A stretch of 64,000 nt of DNA, taken from assembly GCA_030704615.1 (NCBI GenBank), contig CM060734.1, forward strand, positions 35,154,001 to 35,218,000, in the 5' to 3' direction. This stretch comes from Takakia lepidozioides. Its lineage: Eukaryota > Plantae > Bryophyta. Shown here in pieces: positions 12,074 to 23,949 of the stretch. A model generated the notes under the pieces. That model was given only the letters and a program-made list of their open reading frames with translations, ran no database searches and was not told where the DNA came from. The position numbers and the translations under genes are program-made. Within the stretch, counting starts at the first letter, position 1. Each line of letters begins with the position of its first letter.

Positions 12074-12811
12074 TTGACGGAGCTGCCAGCTAGGCCAACC
12101 TTTGAGCGCACCCTGGTGACACCTGGAGTTGTCTTGTTAGACAACCAGGATGACATTTTCTCTTTGAGTGGACTGGCAGGCAAGAAATACCGGCCACTGC
12201 GGGTCTTGTTGGACTTGAGAGCTCAACCACTGATGTTGGGCAGAGCTGCTATTGCAGGTTTGGGCCTCATGGAGGCGGATATGGAGCCTTGTCCTTTCCA
12301 GATACAGACATCTCTGGGAGGATCAGAGCAGGCTCGGGGCATGACACGGCGTGAGTTGGCCATTAGACTGCAGCCGGATCATCCTATAGATGGCTTAGTG
12401 ATGCGAGCCAAGGCCATTGTGACAGACGCGGTCTTTTACGATGTTCTCGTTGGTGGGGCAGTATTATATCCCATGGGTTTCACCCTGGACTTTTGGGAGG
12501 AATCAGCATCCTACATGCCTGGATGGCAGTCAGGGGATGGTCGTCGTGCACAACTCCCTGTGACATTCATTGGGGGTATTGCGGCTGCCCAGCGGGGCAA
12601 GATGCCAACACTAGCCGCTTTTACAGCTGCAGTTAGTTGGCCTGGAGAGTTGCTGGAAGGCAATGCCCATGCAGAGGATGTGCCACCTTCAGTAGAGCAG
12701 GATGACATGCATGGTACGGCGGAGTTGCCTGCCATGGTTGCTCACACTCCATTGTGGGGTACGAGCAAGGATTTGCAGCAGGCTGCTGATGGACGGGTGC
12801 AACAAGCCTAG
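12074..12811 (+). pseudogene. Retrotransposon aspartic protease
   Basis: RVLLDLRAQPLMLG (degenerate D-x-G-A) and YDVLVGGAVL. Confidence 0.75.
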
Positions 12812-12919
12812 GTAAAGGCTTTCGTAGCGTCATGAGAAGAGGAGAGTGCGGTGATTGCACCAGGACCACCTCAGTTGTCGCCATTGGATACCACACCTCT
12901 TGTATGGCAGTGCCCGGAT

Positions 12920-13880
12920 GAAGACATATGTCTTCTGGACTTGTTTGGCGGGATCAGCACTGGATTGGCTGCAGTGCTGCAGGCAGGTGTACGAGTTCGA
13001 CGTTACCTGTATGTGGAGAGGGATGAGACTGCACGACACGTCTCACTACGCCATGTTGCTCAGTTGGTACAACAATACCCTGATTTGTTGCCAGTGTCTG
13101 CAGTTCGTGGATACCAACAAGCCTTGCCAGCAGACATTTCGTTGCTGGGGGCGCAGGATTTGGAGCAGGTTGGCTCCATTGATCTGGTAGTGGCAGGTTG
13201 GCCCTGCCAAGGGCATTCATCAGCCGGGCATGACAATGGATTGCGAGAGTCGAGGACGGGTCTGTTTTGGGAGATGGTGCGGGTTTTGCGCCACTTGCAG
13301 CTTCATCAAGCTGTATCTCCAGCATACATCTTGGAGAATGTGCCACTGATGGGTGATTCTCGGGCCAGGGTGATGGCCAGTGTGCATCAAGTCCGGTCGT
13401 GGCTTGGGTCAGCAGTGTTGCTGAATGCAGCTGTAGTGGGGTCACGGGCTCATCGTCCACAGCTATGGTGGACTAACTTGATGCCACCCGCACTGCTCAA
13501 GCGTGCATTTGATGGGTGCAGCGGCCAGCACACCTCACAGTGGATAGCATTTTGGACACAGGGAGGCAGTCTCAAGGTGTGAGACACGATGACCGTTCAC
13601 CTTTGGCAGTGGTCAACAGGGTGGGTCAACCACGAGCAGCATTACCTACACTGCTCAGCTTCCCAGGCTCCCATGCTTTTCGGGATGGTGGACCTGGCCT
13701 CTTGTGGGATAGCCAGTTGCAACAATTAGTGGAGCCCAATGCTGACGAGCGCGAGCGGGCAATGGGTTTTACCACTGGTACCACGGCGGTGCCATCTCTT
13801 TATGAGGCATCACGTCGTCAGGTGTTGGGGCAAGCAATGGATCTCAATTGCTTGACCTGGATTATCAGCTTGGCTATGGC
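12920..13880 (+). pseudogene. DNA (cytosine-5)-methyltransferase catalytic domain, DNMT3-like, embedded in pol
   Basis: Motif I LLDLFGGI; II YVERD; III ADI; IV DLVVAGWPCQG (catalytic PC); VI ILENV; VIII SRAHRPQLWWTNL; IX ERERAMGF; X RRQVLGQAMD. One 1-bp frameshift near 13515. Confidence 0.93.
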
Positions 13881-14379
13881 CGAGCAGCGCAGAGTACGGA
13901 GTATACTTCCCTTCATGGTCTCCCTGCCTACCGAGACGGTACAGGCAGCGAGTGGGGGCGAGCAGGTGAGGACCACGAGGTGCAGGCCGCATCCATGGCA
14001 TACGTGGGAGGTGCTCGAGGTTCAGAAGGAGTTGGCAGCCAAGACGGCGGTGATGGATCAGGTTGGGGATTTTTCTCGGGTTGAGGAGGTCCTCAAGGAT
14101 GGGATGATGGGGCAGGGTGAGACATTGTCACTGATAGAGGAGGCAGTGGTCACTGCTCAAGAGGTTGCAGCATAACAACCACGGAACGCGTCTTCTACCT
14201 CTAAGCCTGTTGGACTCAAGGTTGCAGTCACGGAGGACAACTGGGAGCCTGATGTTGGACCTATAGTCACCGGAGGAGAGAGACGACGTATACGGCGGTT
14301 CTTGAGGGCTTACAGGAACTGCTTTGCCTTCAGTTTGAAGGACTTTGGAACACTGAAGGGTTAAGAGATTCGCATTGAA

Positions 14380-15606
14380 TTGGCTACTAACACGTCAATC
14401 TTTCGGAGACCCTATAGATACAGTGACATGGAGAGGTCCTTGATTCAGATGAGAACTCAGGACCTTTGGGAGGTTGGTTTGGTGGAGCTATCTGGGGGAG
14501 AGTATGCTTCAGTCACAGTGATGTCAGCCAAGAAGGATGTTTATGGCAATTGGACGGAGAGACGTATGTGCGGTGATTACCGGCCTGTAAATAGTCAGAC
14601 CAAGTCCGATAGGTATGCTATGCCGACACCAGAGGAGATCTTTGATGCCATTGGGCATGCCAAGGTCTTTAGCACTTTGGATTTATCCGGATATCACCAG
14701 TTGTCGATCAAGGAGGCGGATAAGCAGAAGACGACATTCTGGGGGATCAATGAGCACGAGAAGGATTGCCTTTACCAGTGGCGGTTCTTACCATTTGGGC
14801 TCAAGAACGCTCCGGCAGAGTTTCAGAGAGTTATGGACAGGATTCTAGCAGGGGTGGAGTTTGATCGGTGCTACATAGATGACATCATCATCTTTAGTGC
14901 TACGGTGGAGGAGCATGAGAGACACCTTCAGGTGATATTTGAGCGCTTGAGGGCGCACGGATTGAAGTTACATCCGGGGAAGTGCAAGTTTTTCCACAAC
15001 CAGATTGAGTATCTGGGTTACATGATATATCCTGGAGGATTGGGGGTACAGCAGACTAAAGTAGAGTCCATTGCACAGATTCCACGCCCCACGGATGTGA
15101 GCCGAGTTCGAGCTTTCATGGGGTTAGCAAACTATTATAGACGGTTTGTTAAGGGATTTAGTGCCATTGCAAAGGCTCTAACCAAGCTGACCAAGGTCGA
15201 CCAGGAGTGGCAGTGGGAAGATGAGCAAGAACAAGCTTTTCAAGACAAGGCGAGGTTGACCTCGGCGCCCATCTTGAGACGACCTATCAGGGGGCGTCCT
15301 TTTCAGCTGCATACGGATTGGAGCATGATGGGGCTTGGAGCGGTGCTCACACAGGTGGATGATGAGGGAAGAGAGTTCATAGTGGCTTATGCTAGCCGTT
15401 CGAACAATGCTGCCGAGTCTAAGTATAGCTCATATGAGGGAGAATGCTTAGCTGCAGTGTGGGCCGTGACACACTTCAGGTGCTATCTATACGGCAATCA
15501 CTTCACCCTTGTTACGGATCACCAACCACTCAAGTGGTTGATGGAGTCAGACAAGCTTATGGGGAAGCTTGCACGGTGGGCACTCATCCTTCAAGAGTAT
15601 GACTTT
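14380..15606 (+). pseudogene. Reverse transcriptase and RNase H
   Basis: RMCGDYR, FSTLDL-SGYHQ, LPFGLKNAPAEFQR, YIDDIIIFS, LHTDWS..GLGAVL, YEGECLAAVWA, TDHQPL, LARWALILQEYDF. Confidence 0.95.
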
Positions 15607-16210
15607 CAGACCACCGCACCACTTCTCAGGATCATCCTGAGGCCGATGGCTTGGCAGAGAAGGTTGTTCAGACAGTGAAGAGGGGTTTGCGCAAGTATGG
15701 CTTGCAAAAGGGACACCTAGGAGATTGGGACCTTCAGTTACCTTGGTTAGCCATGGGCTACAGGTTCAGCAAGTAAGCATCACTTGCCTCCTTCTCACCA
15801 TACTTTCTTCTCTTTGGCCGCGAGCCGGATTTGTCTGCATCCATTCGTAGAGAAGCTGCTACAGTTCTCAACCTTGACGATCCGGACATGTGGGCACGTG
15901 CATGTGATCAGCGTGCAGAGTTGTTTAAGTAAGTCATGCCCATGGCTTTCGAGAACCTTGCCATTGCACAACATCGTGATACGTTGAGGTATGCTACCAT
16001 ACGTGGTAGGGGCTATCGTCCTAGGGTTCGGAGATTTAACCCTGGTGACTATGTTCATCTGCAGCAGACTGCTCCTATGACCTTGGATGTGACTGCATGA
16101 CGTGTTATTTTGAGGGTTCGAGAGGTCTTGCCCTCAGGCGTCTTGATCTTGGAGGGTCGGGATGGCATAACTTGGAAGGACCATGTGCGTAATTGTGCAC
16201 CATGTCACCT
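15607..16210 (+). pseudogene. Integrase, C-terminal half only (zinc finger and first two catalytic Asp deleted)
   Basis: HRTTSQDHPEADGLAEKVVQTVK...WDLQLPWLAMGYR..SPYFLLFGREP directly follows the end of RNase H. Confidence 0.8.
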
Positions 16211-16267
16211 TCTGAATGTCGATGGCAGGATTGACCCAAACCTGGTAGTGGTATCTACAAGTTTGAG

Positions 16268-16405
16268 GTGCATGTTGTGTGGGTCTGCTAGAGGGGCAGC
16301 CACCATGCTGGTGTATGATCGATGCTCTAGAGGTTGGCATATGGGATGCTTGACTCCACCTCTTGAGATGGTTCCGGATGGGGATTGATTATGTCCACAT
16401 TGCAT
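16268..16405 (+). pseudogene. PHD finger at the C-terminus of pol
   Basis: CMLC..ATMLVYDRC.RGWHMGCLTPPLEMVPDGD*LCPHC; C4HC3 pattern with one Cys>Tyr and Trp>stop. Confidence 0.85.
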
Positions 16406-16672
16406 TGGATAGTGGGAGTGGATACAACCATGGAAGGCTAACAAGAAACGTAAGGCCAAGCTACTAGGAAACCTTGAACACACGAGATCTTGGCTCAAGT
16501 TTACAGATTGCAAGACGGCGACTAACGATGGGGCTACTCTTGTACCCGGCCTCTTGGTCTATAGAGTTTGAGTACAATAGGGACAGTGATAGAGGACTTA
16601 GTACGGCTGTGGCTGTTACATCTTGTAGTTATCTGGAGTTAGAGGGACCTATCCACCAGCTAGGGGGGCGAT

Positions 16673-17203
16673 TGTGGCAGATTACTTTATTGTGCATATA
16701 TGCGTGGTGTGGTTTGGACAGCGATATAGTTGTGTAGCGATATGTATGCGCACGACAGCTGTCAAGTTAAATAAACACAGTGTGAAACTAACTAGAATAA
16801 AGCTAGTTATTTGTATTTAACACTTGGATTTAGTTCAAGTGTTAAGTCAGGTGTCAAGTTTAGTTTGACACCTGAACCGTCTTATCTTCACGAGAGCGTC
16901 AGTCGTGCGGCTCATCTCTCTCGAGTTGAGCCTGCACGACCAAGCTCCTTCACGCTTTAGAATTTGAGTGTGCTTATGTAGGGAGATTAGGTTGTTGTGG
17001 GATGGAGTCCCCATAGCTTGGGGTGCCCCTGGCTTGACATCTATTTTAAAGAGTGATGAGTGGTGGTGTTGGTTTTCATGTTTCTTGTGTCAACACTGTG
17101 TTCTTAGTTTCCTATCATTGTGGCATACTACTTTATTGTGCATATATGCGTGGTGTGGTTTGGATAGCGATGTAGTTGTGTAGCGATATGTATGCGCACG
17201 ACA
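16673..17203 (+). repeat. 3' terminal block: B1 (16673-16757) - GC - A2 (16760-17117) - T - B2 (17119-17203)
   Basis: B1 and B2 are 85-bp copies with 4 differences; A2 matches A1; B1 starts with TG 1 nt after the PPT. Confidence 0.95.
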
Positions 17204-17483
17204 AACAGAGCAGAGCAAAAGTGATGATCGACACCGACAACCACTTCTGCTTTGTTCTGCTCTGTGTTTGCATCAATGAAGCAATGTAGTGCGGCTGTCC
17301 AGAGCGGAACTGTGGCACAATGAAGCGTGTCTCAACTTGTTAGATCAGAGGAAAACTGATTGTCGGCACCGTTCATCACTTCTGCTCGGTTTTTTTTGTT
17401 TTTTTGTTTTTTTTTCGTAATTTTCTAAAAATAAAATACAGAGAAGAAAAAAAAAAACAAAGCAGAAATGATGATCGGTGGGC

Positions 17484-17526
<43 letters not shown>

Positions 17527-18483
17527 CCCTCCGTATTGTTTCCAAAAAAAATTGTTCTAGTCTCTTCTGTGTCGCTATGTACTGCAGGCTTCTTTTTTAT
17601 ACCATGATCCCTCTTCTTTTCGTCAATTTGGGAGGAAGCAGGGTCTTCTTGGGTTAGCCTCAATGGAGCCTTATGTTATTTTATCCTCATTGTAATTATT
17701 ATTGTAAAACATTCAATTGTAATTGCAGAATGTTGTGGAATGGATGCCACAGTTTTAGGCGTATTTCCCATTTCGGATATTTTGATGGTATTCTTGATGG
17801 TATTTTGGTTTCATGTTCCCTAAGTTCGTCTCACGGTCATAGGACCCTACAGATGGTTCCTCTTTGTGAATAGTAGAAGACTGATGTAAGATGACATGGA
17901 GACTGATGCGTAGTCTTTTCTTTAGTATGGAAAAGATGACATTGTGTAAGATCCCACTGAACCTTACAGGTAAGATTCCCCACCCTAGGATCTTACGCAT
18001 AAGGTGTCTGCCCGCTATTGTTGACATGACATTCCTCCATATAAACCCGTAGGTTTTTAATGTATAGAATGAGTATTGAGCTATCATCTCACCTTAGCCC
18101 TGAAAAGCCAAACTGGGTCAAAACGGTGGGAGACATTTTCTCCGGGGAGAGTTTTCTCATGTGGGAGATGTTTTCTCACGCAACAATTCTTTGATCTGAA
18201 AAATCATAACCCCGATCGTGAAACCGTGCAGATTACGCATCTTGTCCGTCAAGTGGACGCATCAGCAACCCACAATTTCCATCCATTTGATTGATATATG
18301 AGAAAACCATATAAAAAGATCTAAAAAACGGGCGAATGGGCTAGTGGTAGTTACATAAGTTAAAATTGTATTTAAAACTAACTTTGGAAGAGTAGAATAA
18401 AATAAAATAAAATAACTTTGGAAGGGTGTTTTAGAGTTTTAAAGTTTCTTCAGTGTGAGAGAGTAAGTTAGGGAATGTACATA

Positions 18484-19191
18484 ATACCATTTCACTAGTG
18501 GTTATGGGTTCAAAACCACATAAGTGTGTTGGATTGGAAGGCAGTAGCTGATCAAGTGACACCATAAGTGATGGCAAGAGTCCATATGATCCTTTTTTGC
18601 TAGGTGACAAATTCGAATTTGGAATGGTCGGAATAGGCTGGAAAGATCACACGATCATCAAGGTATATTTGCTGAATAATATGTGAGAATCAAATAATTA
18701 TCTCTTCCACGAGAAGTTGGATAGCGTGTGAGGATGCTCAAGAGAGTACACTAGAATATTTCATAGATTCTTGAGATATCCAGCGAATATGCTACAGCGA
18801 AACGAAAATACGCTCACCCGACAAAATTGCGAAACTACTTTAAAAGTTGTGCTCAAGCAAAATTCTTTTTCAATTTTGATAATTTGGGTGGTTGTTTCGC
18901 CAATGGAACTCACTTGTGCTCGCATGAGCACAAATTTTGAGGTAATTTCGCAAGCGAAATATTGATGTTTATAATATAATAATATTAAAATTATTGTTTT
19001 ATTATTAGATATTTGTGTTTATAGAGGATTTTAGCTAAACTATAGACCATGTAGCTGACAATAATAATATGTAATAAGCGTGAATTATGGTGTCTCTTGA
19101 CCCGGAAGGGCTACTGCCTTCCAGCAAGAAGGTGGACACCTTTGTGATACAAATCGGTGGATTGAACCCACAACCACTTTCGAAGTGGTAT
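18484..19191. repeat. Inverted pair of a short structured repeat (18484-18566 and 19086-19191); third copy at 39014-39110
   Basis: Shared TATGGTGTC.CTTGA...GCTACTGC...GTGG.TTGAACCCA.AACCAC....GTGGTAT. Confidence 0.65.
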
Positions 19192-19819
19192 GTGCTATTA
19201 CTTGGTTGTCATAACTGAAACTATCATTGTAGTTGTACCTTATGTCCGCCTATGACCTACATTTCCGTTTGCAAATAAAGTACCCTTGTAACCGTGGATG
19301 TTGCGCACATTGTTTTTCCTGGTCATGCCGTATTCACATCTTTTGGCACACGCTGTGCTTACGGGATACCAAGACCCATTTTTTTTCGCCCATGAAATTG
19401 TTGAATAATGATCTAGCGTAATAATTGCATAAAATTTTGTTAGCAAAATAAATCAACCTGACGTCAAGTGACCCCTCGTTAATGAGGATTTCATCCAGTT
19501 TCCTTAAGGAGAAAACTACGCTTACCTAATGACTTGAATGCAAGCCTGGGAGCCTTGCCGGTACGGTCGCCGGGGATGGCCATACTGGCCAAGTTCCGGC
19601 ATGGAACTCTATCAAATCCCCACCTCCCGCTTCTCCCCTCTCACCTGCGAGCCTGTATTTTAGGATAAAGCATTAAAAATCAAAGGTTGGGCAAGAAGTA
19701 GATGGTAGGTGGCAAGGTGGTATGCAATATGGTGGTAAGGTCTAAGGTTCAAAACGCTGCAGTCAGATATTGATTGCACATGCGATTTTCATCTCCAAAA
19801 TATTTTGAAGTCCAAGCAC

Positions 19820-20190
19820 TCCGCTCCCCTATTCCCAATGTCCGCTCCTCTGTCCCCTCCTTGTTCCCAGGCCCGCTCCCCTATTCCCGGTCCCCGCTCC
19901 CTTCCTCCCCTCTAGAATGCGGCTCGCTCCCCTGTTCTTGGCCCCCGCTCCCCTCCTTGCCCTTTGGAATGTGCTCGCTCCCCTATTCCCGGTCCCAGCT
20001 CCCCTCCTCGCCCTTTGGAATACGGCTCGCTCCCATCCTTGCGCTCTGGAACACGGCTCACTCCCCTGTCCCAATGGGGAGCAGCCGGGAACAGGGGAGC
20101 AAACTTGGAGAATGTTTGGGAACAGGGTCCTAAAGGTAGGGAGCATGAGGAGGGAACAGGAGCATTCCCCACCTTCCCAAATGGGGATGA
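19820..20190. repeat. Degenerate ~51-bp C-rich tandem repeat with a partial inverted copy
   Basis: CTCCCCT(A/G)TTC motif at 19876, 19927 and 19978; complementary GGGAACAGGGGAGC near 20090. Confidence 0.6.
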
Positions 20191-20924
20191 GGTTTGACTG
20201 GTAGGTAGTAGGAGCCTCTAGGAGCTCCGATTAGCGGGCCCACCATCTCACGCGATTGCCTTAAACTCGTGGGAGCGTAGTCTCTTCCAGCAATAAATAC
20301 TATAATATATGATTTGAGATTCCATACGAGGAGGCCAATTGTGGGTATGAGTATTTTATGTAAGTTGAGATTCTAGAGCACGAGGGGCGGGTGTGGGCAT
20401 GGAGTAATGAAAGTTTTTGCAATAAGTATTTTATGTGATTTGAGATTCCATAGGGTGGGCTGCCGATCTCAAATCACGAACAAATACTTGTTGCAAGACT
20501 TACTTGATGGTAAACCCTTCATTTGTTTTTTAATTTGTTCCCTTTGTGGTACTTATTAGGCATGTAATTAACTGACGTAATTGCCTATCTACTCATAATC
20601 TCAGATTACGCTGCCAAGTCGGCATGGGCACAACAATACCAAGAAAAGGAAGAAATTATTGTAACTTACCCAAAAATATACTATAACTTCCCATGAGGTA
20701 TCTCGAAACCTTCACATGGGCAACTAAGTTAGCCCCCCATTTTACATTGGCGCACCAGGGTAATGAGACCCATGACCGTTAATTTTCTATGACCAACTAC
20801 CCCCCATAACTGCTTCTGTCACGGCCTATGAATAGCCATAGCTAGCCCCAACTTTCCTCCCAAGACTACTCCTTTCTGTCACTTTGCAGGCAAACAATTA
20901 TTTGATAAATGTCCCGTACTTGTA

Positions 20925-21215
20925 GGAGGGCATGTGACACTTGCAAAGCTTCAAAGCAATATAAAATCATTTGATAGTGGAACAATTGGTTCACCCTTTC
21001 AACCATATTCTAGTGACCTCATACTTGTCCGGTACTTTTAAAATGGCATGTGAAAGACACTTGCAAAGCTTTAAAGCACTCCAAAATCATTTGATATGTT
21101 CATGATTGATTCACCCTTTCAACCATTTTAGATTGATTTGAAACTTGTGAAAGACCTCTAAGAGGGCTACATGACACTTGCAAAGTTTCAAATCAATTTA
21201 AAATCATTTGGTAGG
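20925..21215 (+). repeat. Degenerate ~120-bp tandem repeat (about 2.5 copies)
   Basis: GACACTTGCAAAG..T...AAAATCATTTG recurs about every 120 bp. Confidence 0.65.
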
Positions 21216-22323
21216 GGATTCACACAAGCATTAATTGGCTCAACCAAATACAACTTTGTGTAAACCTCCTGAAATCAAGTAGTTCCAAGTGAGTGGTAAG
21301 TTGGGATGCCCGGAATTATGGGGCATCTTGTACATTCTACCGGGTAACGAATGACGAGATTCACAATGGTACTAATTAAGGCTGTTTTAGAGTACAAGCC
21401 CTATAAAATCTTGGACTAAGATGTGCCACTTGGGGCTTGTCTTGGATTGGAGGGTATGAGCGAGTTGGGTCTCCGCTGCCGTAACGGGGACAAGGTGATT
21501 ACACTATTGTGACGAGAAATATAAGCATTGTTGGGTGGACATTCTATCATGGTGAGATCTACTGGTGTAGGGTATAAGTTAACCTATTTGCATCAGCTCC
21601 CTCGGAGTGCAGCCCTCTCTACTAGCCTATGACATCCCATGTGGGAAGCTTGGGAGCTAATGGGGCCACCACATCCCCATACATTCTCACTTTCTTCGCC
21701 TCCCCATCCCACATTGCTGCTACCTACAATCATCGCCCAAATTATCAGAGTCCCACATTCCGTTACGGTCGTCCTCCGGTTGTCTGCACTATGAAGTTCC
21801 AGAATCGAATATCAACGTTGAGGTAGCGGGCATTGGCCATCATATTTATCCACTTTATGTGACCCTGGGATTCAATCAGTGCGATCGACAACAGTTTCAT
21901 GTTCTCAAATGGGACGATTTTATCTGCTTATAATCTCAGAGTACTTCTAGGTTGGAGGTCCTTCACGACTCTAATTACGGAAATCTAGAAAAAATGTTGA
22001 CTTGGTGTCAAATTAGGAAAACAACAGGGGCACCACCATTGCTTTGGTGAATACATGCCGGGACGAACTTGCACGACCTATTTCTCACTTTTTTGATGAG
22101 GTCTGTTATAACCACAACTCCACACTGGGTACCATATCTAATCTACATAGGGACAATGAAGCCTTCCAGGATCAGATCTGCCTGTCATATGCATGAGTCC
22201 CCCTTGTGTGATGTGCTCTATCTGTTTGCTCAGTCTATAAATCAGAAATCTGGTACGTTACTCATGGAAATTCCCTCCACACAAAAGTGCTTCTGAGATG
22301 GGTGGAGGGTTTTTGCTACGCAG

Positions 22324-23601
22324 AAATATGGCCATTCCTTCAATCTCTCAGGCATTTCTGGTGTAATTACTGCTGGAACATTGGGTTTCTTTGCTGCCAC
22401 GTCACATGCTCCTTATAATCCTGATGGAAGAGACAAATGTAAGTGCTTAATAGCTGGTACTAATTGTATATTATACATTGCTAGTAAAGTGATTGGGATG
22501 CCAAGTAATCGCAATTGTATATAATCTGGTCTCCCACTTGAAACAAAATCCTTGCATCAAGCCCTTCCAACTGCCAATGTAAGGGGCTCTGACCTCACTG
22601 TAATGTGCTGTTTGCAGATGTATTTTTCGCATGAACGGACACCGCTGTGGATGAGAAGGATATGTGCATTTGTGTCAGTTTGTGTTGTTCTTGTTACTTC
22701 AATTAACCCGGTAGTGGTCCCTTCACATAAATCAAAATTACAGTTTTTACTGGCTCAAAAGAATGCATGTTCCCGAAGTTCAGGTGCAGAGGTGTTGTGT
22801 GCCCAGAGAAGGGCAAAAGGACGTCTCAAAAGCATGTGGAGCCATTCAGGCAATTTCACTTAGGAGTCACACAGGATGACTCCATTCGGGATGATAATAT
22901 CGAGTATGATACCTTGAAAAGAAAGATTTTCTCAAAGGTACAAGGTTCTGCATGGTGATCGCTGTGACCCTCCTGATCAGATTGTCTCATTCTTTTATCG
23001 TCCTTCGGCCATATTTAAATGTCGATGAAGGTTAATTTGCAGGTTTAATCTCGTCTATGCAGGATACTAAGAAGTCCTGGAGATAATATATGATACAATG
23101 AAATCCATGCAATTTTCTGATTTGTAATCCAATTCACAATCTGAAATGGAAATGGCAGTAGTAAATGATGTGACTGAGTTGGCTGCTTCATCCGCAACCA
23201 TCCTGTCTGCTGTCACTCGAGTGGTTCATTGACTGGAGTACCTTACTTGCGCTGGTGACTGCAGAGTCTTGGTGCTAGCCCAACCAATTTTGAACTGACA
23301 ACGATGACAGCTGAGGTATTGACACACAAACTGATCTGCCTTTGGTGCTAAGTTGATGAAAATTCCTTTCTCGAGCCACACCTCGAGAAAAGTGTCACAT
23401 GCAAGTGAAGTTGATAATTTGAATTGGGTTATGCAGGTTATCACCAGTGATCTCGAAGATTCGATCTCTAAGACTGTTGACCCTGCTAATGCTGATTATG
23501 CGGTGATCACTGAAATTCAAATTCATGCTGGAGTAAAGGGAGGCACAAGCACCCCAGATGCTTTCATTGATTATAGAGCACCTGGTAAGGTCTTCTGCTA
23601 A
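22324..23601 (+). pseudogene. LCIB: LCIB/LCIC-family (limiting-CO2-inducible, beta-carbonic-anhydrase fold) pseudogene with introns
   Basis: Exons give KYGHSFNLSGISGVITAGTLGFFAATSHAP..GRDK|YVFFA*TDTAVDEK|..REGQKDVSKACGAIQAI..DNIEYDTLKRK|..ITSDLEDSISKTVDPANADYAVITEIQIH..IDYRAPGK, co-linear with algal LCIB. There is a stop, a frameshift and a dead donor site. Confidence 0.82.
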
Positions 23602-23949
23602 TTTCTTCTCATGTCCCCAGCAACACTGTGACTGGCAGTGCAACCACATTTGCATGTGCCATGACATCTCTTGCAAGTGAGAGGACTAGTGGAGCAGGTC
23701 AAGTTCACTTCATGGTTCTATGTTCAGGTTTCTTACTCATTGTTTTCAGAGGTTCTTTTCATGTGCGGAGTCTTGGCCGCTAGTCACTAAAAAATGATTG
23801 GATGGTCTTGTACCCTGTGATGGAGCCTCTGAGATACCAGGCTTGTCAAGTACGTGGGGCGGGGGGGGGGGGGGGGGGGGGGATCTATCCTGTCAATTTT
23901 GTGGATGGAAGGAGAGCTGAGTGAGGGGGGGCTGGAGTGTGGTGCAGAT

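Larger units (their letters stand above)
6455..17203 (+). mobile_element. Ty3/Gypsy-type retrotransposon encoding a C5 DNA methyltransferase and a PHD finger, with split A-B-A-B terminal repeats (decayed)
   Basis: Ends TGTC...GACA; TSD AACA (6451-6454, 17204-17207); order gag-PR-DNMT-RT-RH-INT-PHD; PPT AGGGGGGCGA at 16662-16671. Confidence 0.93.

Noticed and set aside
12851-14175. Host DNMT3/DRM gene or bacterial restriction-modification methylase
   Set aside because: Intronless, in frame within pol and inside TSD-bounded repeats; motif order is not permuted as in DRM.
6455-17203. Ngaro/DIRS tyrosine-recombinase element
   Set aside because: No recombinase motifs seen; it has a protease, Gypsy-type RT, a DDE integrase remnant, a PPT and a TSD.
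17345-17663. Poly-Lys/Phe ORFs, and likewise the ER-, TA/HS- and PS-repeat ORFs at 43.6, 53.2 and 19.9 kb
   Set aside because: Translation artefacts of homopolymers and tandem repeats.
18484-18566. tRNA gene, from the B-box-like GGTTCAAAACC
   Set aside because: No cloverleaf or A-box could be built.
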